Assembly: GCA_020184695.1 (NCBI GenBank)
Contig: JAANOX010000084.1
Coordinates: forward strand, 1-64,000
Length of the DNA stretch: 64,000 bases
Origin: Histomonas meleagridis 2922-C6/04-290x
Lineage: Eukaryota > Protista > Parabasalia
Reading direction: 5' to 3'
Shown: in pieces, positions 41,582 through 51,923 of the stretch
Layout of the letters: the number at the start of each line of letters is the position of its first letter
Numbering within the stretch: the stretch's first letter is position 1
Notes under the pieces: generated by a model
What the model saw: only the letters and a program-made list of their open reading frames with translations
What the model was told of the DNA's origin: nothing
The model's database searches: none
Program-made: the position numbers and the translations under genes

Positions 41582-43897
41582 ATGTTTCTTTTTTTGATTG
41601 AGCATTCTTTTCAATCTTTTGATGAAACATCTGGGAAACTTACTATCGAATCCGATGAGGACTTTAGTGACAGCTACATGAATCTGACTCAATATGTTGT
41701 AATTTCAGATCAAATAACCAGCATCCCAAACTTTGCTTTTGATGAATGGCCTTTACTAACTATAGTTGAAATAAAAGCATGTACCTCAATTGGAATTTAT
41801 GCTTTTGACAGCTGCTTAAACTTAACTAATGTTATATTTGGTTCTAGCTTGGAATCAATTTCTAATAATGCATTTTCATATTGTAGTAAATTAGATAATA
41901 TTTCATTTCCAGATACATTAACATCCATTGGAAATTCTGCATTCCAATATTGTACTTCATTAAAGAATATCAGTATTTCAAGCTCAGTTACTTCAATTGG
42001 AATATACGCATTTGCATATTGCTATAATTTAACATTAATTCCATTTGATAAAATCGAAAAACTTGAAGATTATTTATTTGCACATTGCTCTTCATTTGTA
42101 ACCATTATGATTCCTGACTCAGTTAAAATCATTGGAATTCGTGCATTTGATTCATGTGAAAAATTGGAATCAGTAACATTTGGCGAAGGTGTGACCACAA
42201 TTGATTATTTAGCATTTTATTATTGCGATTCATTGTATAATATTACAATTACAGCATCTGTAACTACTATTGGAGTTAATCCATTTTGTTCATGTAGAAG
42301 TCTTCAATATATTAATGTTTCCGAAGTTAATACTAATTTTTTTTCATTAAATGGTGTTCTTTATGATCATGAAATAACGAAAATTATATGTTATCCAGCA
42401 GGAATTGAAAATGGATCATTTGTATTTCCTGAAACAATTTTATCAATTGAAGATAAAGCATTTCAAGGAAATTATCATATATCTGAAATAACATTTCCTT
42501 CAACACTTAAATCAATTGGAACAGAAGCATTTTATTATTGTCATGGTATAAATTCTATAGAAATTCCAAGTTCAGTAGAATATATTGGTGATAATCCTTT
42601 TGCTGTTTGTAACAATCTTTCATATATTAATGTAATAATGGGTAATGAAAATAAATATTTTTCATATGATGGCGTTCTTTGTGATTTCATAAGTAATTCC
42701 ATAACTTCTTATCCAATTGCAAAAACAGATAAAACCTATTCCGTTCCTGAATTTATTACATCAATTGGTCCAAAAGCATTTGAAAATTCTAAATTAACAG
42801 ATGTTGATATTGCTAAAGTAGAATCAATTGGAAATGAAGCGTTTTATAACTGTGATCAATTACAATATATAATAATTCCAAGTCAAGTAGAATCAATTGG
42901 AGATGCAGCATTTAGTGAGTGTTCTGCATTGGAATCAATTTCTATTGGAGAAAATGTAAATTTTATTGGTGATTATGCATTTTATCAATGCAATAGCCTT
43001 AATTGTATTTATTTTTATGGTGAAACTTCACCAACATTTGGCGGAGAACATGTTTTTTCAGCATCACCAAATGTTCTGGTGACAAACGGATATCAAGATA
43101 ATACATTCGGTCAGTTAGGTATTTTTGCTTCATCAGTAGAAGGATGTGCCCCTCTATCAACATTAAAATTTACAGGGTCGAATACCTTTTCTCCATCACC
43201 TACATTTTCTCCATCACCTACATTTACTGCAACACCTACATTTTCTTTAACATCTACATTTAATCCGTCGAATACATTTGATCCAAAACATACATTTCCT
43301 GCGACAAGTACATTCACTTCTTCAGACACATTTACTCCTGCTCAAATATCATCACATAATATTTCTGATGGTGTCACTGTAAGTCAAAGTTATTCCCAAA
43401 CATTAATTTATGTTATGACAGTCACACAAACAATAATTTCGAATTCTTATTTAACTATTTCAGATACAATTTCTTTTAGCGTTACCACATACATACATTT
43501 TGTTTCGTTGTTTGTATTTTATGATTATAAAGTTATTACATACACTTCATTCTATAGTTATTATTCAGATTTCTTTACTGTTTTTTATTTAAATGAGAAT
43601 AATGATTCAAATAATAGTAAAATTTCAGCAGATTTATTAATTGGAATCATTTGTGGTTCAATTGCTATAGTTTTAATAATTGTTGGAATTGTCATTTGGA
43701 TTGTTAAACATGGTAATGATAAAAGTTCGTCATCGATTTTATATGAATATGAAAAAACTCAAGTGGACAAAAATAAAAAGAATGCTACGAATGAAGAACC
43801 GGAAACAATAATCGACTTTGCTGGTGTGCAAACTTCACATATCGAAGAAGATCCGTTTGGAACAGATTTCTCAGATGAAGGATTTGTAAAAATATAA
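41582..43897 (+). CDS. BspA-like TpLRR leucine-rich-repeat surface protein with signal peptide, S/T-F stalk and TM anchor
   Basis: Repeats of IPDSVxxIGxxAFxxCxxL. The likely start is MFLFLIEHSFQS at ATG 41582 after TCATTT. TM is LLIGIICGSIAIVLIIVGIVIWIV, followed by an acidic tail. Confidence 0.92.
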   Translation: MFLFLIEHSFQSFDETSGKLTIESDEDFSDSYMNLTQYVVISDQITSIPNFAFDEWPLLTIVEIKACTSIGIYAFDSCLNLTNVIFGSSLESISNNAFSYCSKLDNISFPDTLTSIGNSAFQYCTSLKNISISSSVTSIGIYAFAYCYNLTLIPFDKIEKLEDYLFAHCSSFVTIMIPDSVKIIGIRAFDSCEKLESVTFGEGVTTIDYLAFYYCDSLYNITITASVTTIGVNPFCSCRSLQYINVSEVNTNFFSLNGVLYDHEITKIICYPAGIENGSFVFPETILSIEDKAFQGNYHISEITFPSTLKSIGTEAFYYCHGINSIEIPSSVEYIGDNPFAVCNNLSYINVIMGNENKYFSYDGVLCDFISNSITSYPIAKTDKTYSVPEFITSIGPKAFENSKLTDVDIAKVESIGNEAFYNCDQLQYIIIPSQVESIGDAAFSECSALESISIGENVNFIGDYAFYQCNSLNCIYFYGETSPTFGGEHVFSASPNVLVTNGYQDNTFGQLGIFASSVEGCAPLSTLKFTGSNTFSPSPTFSPSPTFTATPTFSLTSTFNPSNTFDPKHTFPATSTFTSSDTFTPAQISSHNISDGVTVSQSYSQTLIYVMTVTQTIISNSYLTISDTISFSVTTYIHFVSLFVFYDYKVITYTSFYSYYSDFFTVFYLNENNDSNNSKISADLLIGIICGSIAIVLIIVGIVIWIVKHGNDKSSSSILYEYEKTQVDKNKKNATNEEPETIIDFAGVQTSHIEEDPFGTDFSDEGFVKI

Positions 43898-43954
43898 TTT
43901 TTATTGAATTAAAATTAATGTGTAATGCAATTAATAAAAATTAAAATTATACGG

Positions 43955-43983
43955 ACACTTTTTGAGCGAAGCTCAAAAAGTGT
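43955..43983. repeat. Perfect 13-bp-stem hairpin/dyad ACACTTTTTGAGC-GAA-GCTCAAAAAGTGT
   Basis: Perfect inverted repeat read directly. Confidence 0.92.
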
Positions 43984-43994
43984 AGGTATAATTG

Positions 43995-45073
43995 AATTCT
44001 CAGAAAACTTTTTGATAATAATTTTGTGTAACAACTTTTTCAATAGACCAGTGGTCCATGAGCTACCACATGGATTTTAATAGTTTATTTCAAGCTACTG
44101 TATCTGTTGAACAACAAAGGATTGCTGAAAACACACAAAGAACATATAATTCTTTGTTGCGTTCATATGAAAATACAATGAATCAAATCCCTAATGCACC
44201 CGAATCATATCCCATTACTGAGAATAAATTACGTGCTTTTTTGGAATTCTATAGAAGTCAACACCCTCAAACAACCTATTCCTACCTTATATCATTCGTC
44301 TCAGCTGTTGTATCTTATTTAAAAAAAATAACTTAGATGATTTTACGAAAACAAATAATTTTAAGTCGTACATGCTTGGCTTGAAAAGAATAATGAAGGG
44401 GGATACATTCCCAAATGCGAAAAAGTATGTCACAATACAACTTATGATAAGACTTGCAGAAAGTACTAATCAAAATGTAAAAAATGAAATAGAACTTATG
44501 ACAATAGAAAGTTTGTGCTTTTATGGCTTTTTACGAATTTCTGAGGCGTGCAGATTAATGTGGAAAGAAATAACATATGATCAGGACGGACGTTTGGTAT
44601 TACTCATTCCTTATTCTAAAACAGATCAAACAGGGATAAGAGTCAATGTGTAAATTTGTCGTTCAAACACAATATATTCCCCTTTTCTATGGTTACCAAA
44701 ATGGAAAGAATTAAGTTATATAAATGAAGAATCGAATGTCTTTACATTATGTGATAGAACAGTTAGGAGAAAGTTTAAATTGCAACTTAAAAAAATTGGA
44801 GTGAATCCAGAGAGTTATTCAACACATTCTTTTCGTAAAGGGGCCGCTCATGAAGCATCATTGGCTGGAATTGCTGATTGCAAAATTAAAGCCCAAGGAA
44901 GATGGATTTCTTCATGCTATCAGCGTTATACTTCTATCCAAATGGTTGAGGCTGGAGATGCAATTACAGTAAAAATTTAATTAAAACTCAATTTGAATTT
45001 GTCCATATAATTTTTTATATGAGATTGAAAAAGTTGTTACACAAAATTGTTATCAAAAAGTTTTCTGAGAATT
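43995..45073 (+). mobile_element. Tyrosine-recombinase DNA element bounded by 50-bp terminal inverted repeats (Crypton-like content)
   Basis: Left TIR 43995-44044 and right TIR 45024-45073 are reverse complements with one mismatch. They enclose a single YR gene. Confidence 0.85.
44058..44980 (+). pseudogene. Tyrosine recombinase/phage-integrase family gene (about 307 aa if repaired), with one frameshift and one in-frame stop
   Basis: Catalytic set is intact: GFLRISEA (R), SKTDQ (K), HSFR (H-x-x-R), QGRW (W), CYQRY (Y). Frameshift at A8 44321-44328. TAA at 44651-44653 is in frame with the downstream part. Confidence 0.88.
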
Positions 45074-45384
45074 TTTTAATATGACAAAATTTAACGTTTT
45101 CTTATATGGAATTAAATGTATTTTTCTAAGTGAAAACTCTAAAGAAAATAATTCTAATTAAGTTGAACATATTCAATGAAATGTTTAAATTTGCTAACAG
45201 ATGATTTATACCTTAACCATAAAATAAAAATTTTGAAATTCTAAAATTTGCAATGATGATTTTTTAAGTTAAAACAAACAAAGTAAATTTGCGCATGGTT
45301 ATGTTTACACTCTGTTTGTACATATTTGTAACAAAATTGTAAAAGATGAAAATATTATTGAAAGTTAAAAATGTGTAATCATCT

Positions 45385-45852
45385 TTATTTATGCTTGCAG
45401 TAAAGAGCCATGTACTCTTGAGCCTTTTGCTTGAATGCAGCAATATTGGTAGAGTATTGTTCCGCAGCTTCTTTATTTAATGGAGAATTAGGATTTGGTT
45501 CAGAAAACAAAAATTGTAGGCCTAAAACAAGTTGATCAATTGACATAGCCGCAGTGTAATTATCACGCAAAATGTTAAGACAAACAGCTCCCGTTTCTTC
45601 AATATTTGGATGCCAAATTCTTGTCTGGCAAATAATAGATGGTCGCTGAAATGGAAAATCATCAGGAATTGTAAAATGAAAATCAAACACTCCGCCTTGC
45701 CAGATACCTTCAACAGGTGTGATTTCGATGATAAAATCTTGAATATTATTTGGGTCTGGAATTATTAACTTTGCTCCGTAGAGTGAGTCAAGGTTTTCTA
45801 GATCCTTTTGTAGCCTGATTTGACAGGCTGTCATTTTCTTCCTCCTTGACAT
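45385..45852 (-). CDS. UBC12: NEDD8-conjugating enzyme Ubc12-like E2
   Basis: QIRLQKDL; WHPNIEETGAVCLNILRD; GLQFLFSEPNPNSPLNKEAA. Confidence 0.85.
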   Translation of the reverse strand: MSRRKKMTACQIRLQKDLENLDSLYGAKLIIPDPNNIQDFIIEITPVEGIWQGGVFDFHFTIPDDFPFQRPSIICQTRIWHPNIEETGAVCLNILRDNYTAAMSIDQLVLGLQFLFSEPNPNSPLNKEAAEQYSTNIAAFKQKAQEYMALYCKHK

Positions 45853-46187
45853 TTTTGGATTATGATTTCAGAAACTTTGTTTGATATTCACATACCCTAA
45901 AAAATAAACACTTATAACAAGAATGCATTCACTTTATGCAGATACATGAAAATTTGATCAATTATATTATTACTGCCAGATATCTTTTGTTTCATTCTAT
46001 TTTTTTCTCGAAATGATTTTTTTATGATTGATTCAATAGGTAAAAAAACAAATTTCTTCACATAGTGTTATTGAGCATAATTTAAAAAAAAGTAAAATAA
46101 ATACAAAAACAATCTTAATATTATTTTTACACAGTTTATAATATGCTTACGTATGTAATATCAAACTTATATTCAGAAAGAAATAAT

Positions 46188-46480
46188 GGGTGGATTGGTG
46201 TAATCCCAGTCTGTAAAGTGTACGCTACCCTTAGAATTCAGGCGTTGTAACTGCTGTGGTGATAGGTAATTAGCTTTGTGTTGAGTGCCCTCCCACCAGG
46301 TAAATCTGATGTATCATGTACTCTTGCGAAGGCAAGCTAGGGAGAGATACGATTAAAGCAAATCGCAATGCGTGAGGCCGGTAAACGGAACAGCGAATAG
46401 ATTTCCAGATTCTACGGTGCGTGGATTCTGGGCGTGAGCAAACTGTTACTTCCCTCCTGCAGCAGGATTGCAGCCACTGT
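46188..46480 (+). ncRNA. Signal recognition particle (SRP/7SL) RNA
   Basis: A roughly 293-nt GC-richer island ending at a T8 Pol III terminator. It has an Alu-like UGUAAUCCCAG, helix 6 CUUGC-GAAG-GCAAG and helix 8 AGGCCG-GUAAA-CGGAACAG. The 5' GGCGUUGUAACUGCUGUGG can pair with the 3' CCUGCAGCAGGAUUGCAGCC. Confidence 0.85.
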
Positions 46481-47208
46481 TTTTTTTCTATGGAATTAAT
46501 AACCGTCGGGTTTTGTAATTTTCGTGTCACTTTTTACTCTGTACATTTTTTTATCTTTGTATTTCTCTTCTTTTTTCCTAACAACAATTTTAAATTATTT
46601 CTAATTAGTTTCAAACAGTACCTTTAACTTGAATTTTACCTAGTTTCATTTTTATGAACTTGGAAAATTATTTTTTTATTATCAATAAATCTAAAAATTG
46701 TTTTAAAATCATAAGTTGAAACTAAAAGCCAAACTTAAATACGGAATTGCATTGATAATATCGAACTTAAGAGGTTTAGGTTTCAACTTTTATTACAAAA
46801 TAAAACTTCTATCAAAAATATTTTAATTTTGGAATATTTTGCCCACTAAAAAACAGCCCATTTTATTTTGCTACATATTTGTCATCTTTAACATTAAAAT
46901 TCTTTTTTAAATCATAATGATTTTTTAAAGTTTATATTTTTCATATGCTTTTGTTTAAAAATTTTTCGAATTAGAATTTAACATTTTTTATTTTTTTTTT
47001 TTTTTGGAAGTAGGCATGATGATATAAAGATTTTAATGTTTTTCAAGATATTTTGTTTAAAATATTAATGATTGTGGATAATTTTATAAATTGCCCATTT
47101 GGAAAATTTTATTCTTTCTAGAAATTTGTCACAATTTTATATATTGAATTCAGAAATTTTATGATTAAATCGAACTCAAAAATTTGTCAGATCAGGCATT
47201 TTTTAAAA

Positions 47209-49754
47209 ATGATTCCTGAAGATTATTTTAACATCCTTAACATTCTTTTCTCTCCATCACCTGTACCTAACCTACCTGAAATCAGAGAGAAGTTTTATAA
47301 ACAGTACCTTATTTTGAGTGTACATTATTGATTCTTGAAAAACAAGAATACAGACAAAACCAATAATGGATGGTTGCATCCTCTTTGTTGTGCAATTTTA
47401 TTCAATATTTTGATTCTAACGGCAGGCAGAAATCTATCGTGAAAAATCATGAATTTTTACCACACATTGATAGTTTTATAAATCGAATCCTAAACATTAT
47501 TTTTTATAGTGCTCCATCTGATCTGAGCCCAATGATGGATGACTTTGCTAAAATTCTTGGAATTTTAATCATTTATTCACCTAACAATTTTTTTGCACCA
47601 CAAATTTCCGATCAACTGTTTCAAATATTTCAACAGCAAAATATTAATATAGTTTATCTTGAAAATATTTCAAAACTTTTTGATCCAATTATCATAAAAT
47701 TTTTCTTCAATACGAACCATCATACAGATGATGCGTTAATATTTTCGAACAAATTTATTGATTTTATTGATAAAATTACTGTTAAAGAAATAATTACTAA
47801 TTCAAAAAATACAACTCTTCTTATAAATTTACTTTCAGCGTTTATTCGGTTTGCTAATGTTTCTGATGTAACAAAATATTTCTTATCGAAAGAATCAAAT
47901 ATCCTTCAACATTTGGTCGGATTTTTATTTGAATTTGTGGGGAAAATGGATGATAACTTGTTTCCATTGGCTTCTACAATAATGTCACTCCTATCTAATT
48001 TTAGGATTTTAGATTCAGCTCCTCGTTTTCCAGATTTTGCAGAAAAATTAAATTGGTTTAGTTCAAATATCCAATTAGTTTTGGTAAAACTTCTAACCCA
48101 AACCCCAAGGTGTGAATCAGAAACAGGTGTATCCTTTACCTTTGAAAATTACTCTTTAAAAATACTTTCTTTTTTGAGCAATGCGATTAACGAATACCCC
48201 ATTTTCAGAGCACTTTTTGAAATCGCCGTAAAGTATTCAAATTCCACACAATATTTGATCAGTCAAAAAGAAATTAATGTACAACTATATTATGATACAG
48301 CATTTTGTTATCTCCCAGGGGATAAGTGCATTGCTGAATATTGAATGAAAATAATTTCGAACTTAGCACAACAAAATTTTTCAATGTTATTGCAATGTAT
48401 TTTAACCACCCAAAATTTCACAGAAGGATTTATTAAAGTATGCACATTAACATCATATTTAATGTCTCAAAAAGGGCTTAAACCCCCGGATGAATATATC
48501 CAATTTTTAAGCAATTTCCCATTAGACATAAATACAGAACCAATAATATTATTATTATTTTCTGAATCTTTATCATTTTTACCAGAAATTATATATCACA
48601 AATTATCAGAAATATCATTTATTTTTATCAGTAATAAAGAAAACGCGCAAAATCCAACTGCAAATGATATCTTACGCTTTACATTAGGATGCCAAATCAT
48701 GTCAATAATGATGGATAATAAGAATTATTGTATTCCATCACAATATATTTCAACTATATTTGAGAATAACATATGTATAAAGAACTTTGCTTTTATTGTT
48801 TTACGTAAATTTGTGTTTTATACTCAAGAAGAAGAGTTTTTACTTGGCTTATATAATAATTATTTGAGTATACAACTAATTAAATATTGTGAACGTATTA
48901 ATGAGAATTTTGAAAGTCAATTTGATGATTTAAATTATGTAAGTACATTATTATGTTGTATTAATTCGATAATTGAACGATTTAAAAATAACATTGATGT
49001 TTCACCTATAATATATTGTATTCAACAATTTTTCAAATTACCTGATTTAGATGATTCACTTATATTGGATGATGTTTTAGAATTAATAATTACAATTATA
49101 AGATATTCATTACCAAATTATGAAATAATTATTAATTCATATTGGAATTTCTTTTTAACGACAATTAATGATTACATTGGTATTTATATTAAGCCTTTTA
49201 TAGTGTTAATCGAATATCAAACAGAAAGTTTCATGAAATGGAACCATAATGCAGCCTTTATAGATGTCATTGATCAATTAATGAAAAATGAAACTGTTCT
49301 TTGGGATGAAGAACTGATGTTTTCGATTGTTACTGTCTATACAAGGTTAGTGCAATTAAAGATTTTGAATAATGAAACATCGTCAAATTTATATGAATTC
49401 GTTTTAAATCATTTAATCGAAAATTTTGATAATCAATTATATGGTCTAATAGATCTTGAATTATTATGTTCTATTATTATAACAAATGAAAATGTTCAAA
49501 AATTCGATGATGTAGTAAATCCAATTTTAATTTGCGTCGATAATGATAGAGTTTATAGAGAAATAGATAAAATACTTTATGTAATGGTATTAAATAGATT
49601 ACCAAAATCAGATGAAAGAGATGCAAAAATTAATCAAATAATTGGATTCGATTTGGCAAAAAATAATGAAATATTAAATTCCGATGACTTCATATGGTTA
49701 CGCGAATACGATTATGAGTATCCGTTCCAAAGGATGATGAAAAATTCTCAATAA
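47209..49754 (+). pseudogene. Large alpha-solenoid (HEAT/importin-beta-like) gene broken by a frameshift near 47300, TAA at 47364-47366 and TGA at 48342-48344
   Basis: ORFs 47370-48344 and 48345-49754 are in the same frame and abut (TAT TGA ATG). An upstream ATG at 47209 is in another frame. The family assignment is tentative. Confidence 0.5.
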
Positions 49755-50011
49755 AATAAATTTTTTTGACCTTTTTTAATTTTTAATTTATGTGAAATGC
49801 ATTTAAGATATCTTATAAACAGAAAGCAAAAAATAATAAATATTTTTATTAACAACTATTCTTCTTTAGATTTAAAAATCTAATCCTATTATAAATATAT
49901 TTACTCTTGTGCCTTAAAATGATAATGAAATTTGTTAAAGATAAATATACTTTAAGACGTTTAAAGACGTTAAATCACTTCATTTTTTGAAAATAAACGT
50001 TCGCTAAAAAA

Positions 50012-51043
50012 ATGAATACACAGCAAAATGATTTGACATACACAATTGTTATTCCAGAATTTAAATATTCAACACAACAATTCAAACAAGAAGATAAGGT
50101 TGAAACAAGAAACTTTGGATATCCTGGCGAAAATCTGAAATTTTGGCTTGTTATTTTTTGGGGAGATGGAACAACTTCAAATACCAAAGCAAGTGATTGG
50201 GATCCTTGTTGTTTCACTTGTGAAATATCAAAAATTGAATATACAGATTGGAGTACACATATTTCGACATCACAAATTCAAACGTTAACTGATGAAAGAA
50301 AAACATTTATTTCTGAAGCATCTATTGCTGTTCCTCTTTCTGTTCAACTTCCACATCGACCTGCTACAGCTGAACTTACCATATGGAAATCAGATTATTC
50401 AACTAAAGTTACATCCTCAGATCTTACAATTGAACTTCCCCTAAAGTACAACTGTATTTTTAATCCATCTAGTGACAAACTCAGCTTTGATTTTGAATTT
50501 TTAGATACAAATCATGAGATCAACAATCTTGATTTACACTTTTCACCCAATCCATCACATTCTCTCTCTGAGTATGAGTCAGCTTTTATCCTTCAACGAG
50601 TTCCCGACACATATTTATATTATTTATCATTTGCATCAAACTCATCACTTAAACTCCTTAATGATATGGCCTTAGGACTCAGCGTCGTCTGGTCTAACTC
50701 GACCATGCTGTCTTGTTTCGAAATAAAGATTCCTCTTCCGCCTGGTCCGTTGGGGCTCATTTGGTCAGTTCCTCCTTTAAAGCGCTTAAAACAGTGCACA
50801 CTTTCGCTAGAGATAACAAACATAAGCCAGGAGCCAATATCGGGTAAGGTGGAACTTGATGAAACAAATTTGATACCGTTTGAGAAGTCGATGCATTTCA
50901 AAAATTTGTTGCCCGATCAAAAGCAAACATTAGTATTTATATGTCTTCCAAGAACGTGCGGAACATATGAGCTGGAATATACGATCGAGGTGGGGAATGA
51001 AAGATATAAACCTTTGTTTAAGACAATAATAAGAATTGAATAA
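50012..51043 (+). CDS. TRAPPC13-like (trafficking particle subunit) protein
   Basis: N-terminal NFGYPGENLKFWLVI and a C-terminal Ig-like segment LEITNIS...L.P.Q....ICLP...G. The assignment is from remembered family pattern only. Confidence 0.5.
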   Translation: MNTQQNDLTYTIVIPEFKYSTQQFKQEDKVETRNFGYPGENLKFWLVIFWGDGTTSNTKASDWDPCCFTCEISKIEYTDWSTHISTSQIQTLTDERKTFISEASIAVPLSVQLPHRPATAELTIWKSDYSTKVTSSDLTIELPLKYNCIFNPSSDKLSFDFEFLDTNHEINNLDLHFSPNPSHSLSEYESAFILQRVPDTYLYYLSFASNSSLKLLNDMALGLSVVWSNSTMLSCFEIKIPLPPGPLGLIWSVPPLKRLKQCTLSLEITNISQEPISGKVELDETNLIPFEKSMHFKNLLPDQKQTLVFICLPRTCGTYELEYTIEVGNERYKPLFKTIIRIE

Positions 51044-51923
51044 AAAAGTGGTATTTTTTGTTTATTAAAAAAAATAAAAATAAACTTCATGTCAAATTCC
51101 GAATACATTATTTGATGCTTGAGCTGAATCAAATCAAAAATTCATACATGAATTAATTCTGATGCAAAATTTATCATGATATTGTTGTGTCATTTGACTT
51201 GTAAAATTATTTTGTTATATTTTCAAAAGTGGATTTACTAATAAACTAGCAAGTTATCTATTGGTTTCTTAACAAAAATGAAAGAATTCTTTTTGATGTT
51301 GTATGTTACACGTATAAACAAAATTGATTTTTATCAAATTGCTGTGTTGGATGTGTTCGTTGTGAAGGAATATTCAAAACTTGCATCCCATGAACCAGAA
51401 AATATTACATCATAATAATTAATCAAACTCGAATTTGCCGAATCATTGGATCTTTTATTAATAAAGATATGATTAACATTTATAAGTTTCTTGCCAGTGT
51501 CTGGATCAACGCCATATGCTTCAAATTTAGTTTTTTTATCATCTTCATATATAATAATTTGATTTTTAATATTGGTTCAAATAAGATATAATCCAACTCT
51601 ATATTTATATATAAACATTAGTGAACAAGCACATTCTAAAGTCCTTGAACATAAAGGAAACAAATAATGTTCATTTCAAAACTAAGGAAATATTGAGGTG
51701 ATAAAAATGTCTAAAACCAAGCCTTATCCAATCATTTATTTAAAAAATCTTTAAGATTGGAATTTTTCTAAATCAAATCTTATCGAATTCTTTTTAAGTA
51801 AACTATTGAAACAGATTTTGTGTGCGTAATCAGCCGGCCAAATGTGATAATCCGATTATTTTCAACTCAAAATAGGACTTTTTCAGAGATGGAACATCAA
51901 TTATTTAATCCTTAAAATAGATT

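Noticed and set aside
43985-45085. Target-site duplication around the YR element
   Set aside because: The flanks (GGTATAATTG and TTTTAATATG) do not form a direct repeat.
51300-51620. Minus-strand protein-like fragments (FEAYGVDPDTGKKLINVNH; VIFSGSWDASFEY)
   Set aside because: Probably a decayed gene, but too fragmentary to identify or bound.
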